NCBI GenBank assembly: GCA_963788605.1
Contig: CAWBHD010000015.1
Span: forward strand, 26,739-90,738
Length of the DNA: 64,000 nucleotides
Direction of reading: 5' to 3'
From: an uncultured Acidobacteriota bacterium
GTDB lineage: Bacteria; Acidobacteriota; Terriglobia; Terriglobales; Acidobacteriaceae
Of this stretch, positions 63,564 to 64,000 are shown in pieces. How positions within the stretch are numbered: position 1 is the first letter of the stretch; each line of letters begins with the position of its first letter. The notes under the pieces are model-generated. The model made no database searches. It saw nothing but the letters and a program-made list of their open reading frames with translations, and was not told the DNA's origin. A program made the translations under genes and the position numbers.

Positions 63564-63600
63564 TGAATATATCCGACTGAAAGCCTCATGAATACCAACT

Positions 63601-63712
63601 CTGTCATTCCGAGCACAACGAGGAATCCCTACACCGGCAGCAACGGTAGGGTAGCTATGCTTCGACTCCGAACGACTTTGCTTCGCGCAGTCGTTCTCCG
63701 CTCAGCATGACA
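63601..63712. repeat. palindromic REP/MITE-like element inserted between pqqD and pqqE
   Basis: The termini CTGTCATTCCGAGC (63601-63614) and GCTCAGCATGACA (63700-63712) are inverted repeats. There is an internal 7-bp hairpin GAACGAC/GTCGTTC. The first 31 nt match the element at 29231-29263. Confidence 0.7.
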
Positions 63713-63733
63713 TGACATTCGTCACAACGACTG

Positions 63734-64000
63734 CTAATAATCAACAATGCGTTTCTGTTGCAGCGCTTCCAGAAAACTGGACACGTCTTGGCGAATCTTT
63801 GCCGGATCCGCGCCGTTGTATTCCGAGGCAAGCGTGGCGACGATCTCGGCAAGCATCCGCTCTCCATCGCAGAGTTCCAGGATTTTCTGTCCGGTCCCTT
63901 GAACCCGAATCATCCCTTCGGGGAAAAGCACGACTCGCTCTTCGCCTTGAGTTCCCCATCGACAGCCGGTGGCAAAACGCGGTCGGCTGGAGTCTGAAGG
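63734..64000 (-). CDS. pqqD: PQQ biosynthesis chaperone PqqD (5' end outside the window)
   Basis: The frame is open from base 64000: ...SRPRFATGCRWGTQGEERVVLFPEGMIRVQGTGQKILELCDGERMLAEIVATLASEYNGADPAKIRQDVSSFLEALQQKRIVDY. Position upstream of pqqE. Confidence 0.85.
   Translation of the reverse strand, partial: PSDSSRPRFATGCRWGTQGEERVVLFPEGMIRVQGTGQKILELCDGERMLAEIVATLASEYNGADPAKIRQDVSSFLEALQQKRIVDY

Overview
GC-rich bacterial chromosome segment. Gene content points to Acidobacteriota: two CarboxypepD_reg-type TonB-dependent receptors, a GWxTD protein and a GloVer-repeat protein. This lineage call is inference, not a database result.

Gene order:
- 1-24.9 kb: 2-oxo acid dehydrogenase E1-alpha (partial), HAD phosphatase, secreted hypotheticals, TonB receptor 1, a MacA-like adaptor plus ABC ATPase, GloVer protein, cupin, GWxTD protein, CarboxypepD_reg beta-barrel protein, cytochrome P460-like protein, TPR protein, a more AT-rich gene-poor islet, mscL, a DUF1254/DUF1214 lipoprotein and a transpeptidase-only PBP.
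- 25.1-44.5 kb: a complete minus-strand dcw cluster (mraZ-rsmH-small ORF-ftsL-ftsI-murE-murF-mraY-murD-ftsW-murG-murC-[2 unrelated genes]-ftsQ-ftsA-ftsZ).
- 45-64 kb: TonB receptor 2, S51 peptidase, SRPBCC protein, YbjQ, a CPXCG mini-protein, two proline-type peptidases, a TetR-Rieske oxygenase pair, a response regulator-histidine kinase-porin-cupredoxin operon, and pqqE plus pqqD (partial).

No tRNA, rRNA, CRISPR array, transposase or recognisable defence system was found.

The dominant anomaly is about 40 indel-type frame disruptions in roughly 17 conserved genes, including most dcw genes. They occur in patches, next to long genes that are completely clean. I read this as uncorrected homopolymer errors in the assembly, not as gene decay, and the affected genes are listed as pseudogene only in that sense.

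Other signals worth following:
- A 15-mer shared by the upstream regions of both TonB receptor genes.
- A promoter-like site followed by three GTGG boxes at 10-bp spacing upstream of mraZ.
- Several families of short intergenic repeats, one of them inserted between pqqD and pqqE.
- An unannotated small ORF between rsmH and ftsL.
- A two-component/porin/cupredoxin operon.

I did not find a clearly novel multi-gene system.
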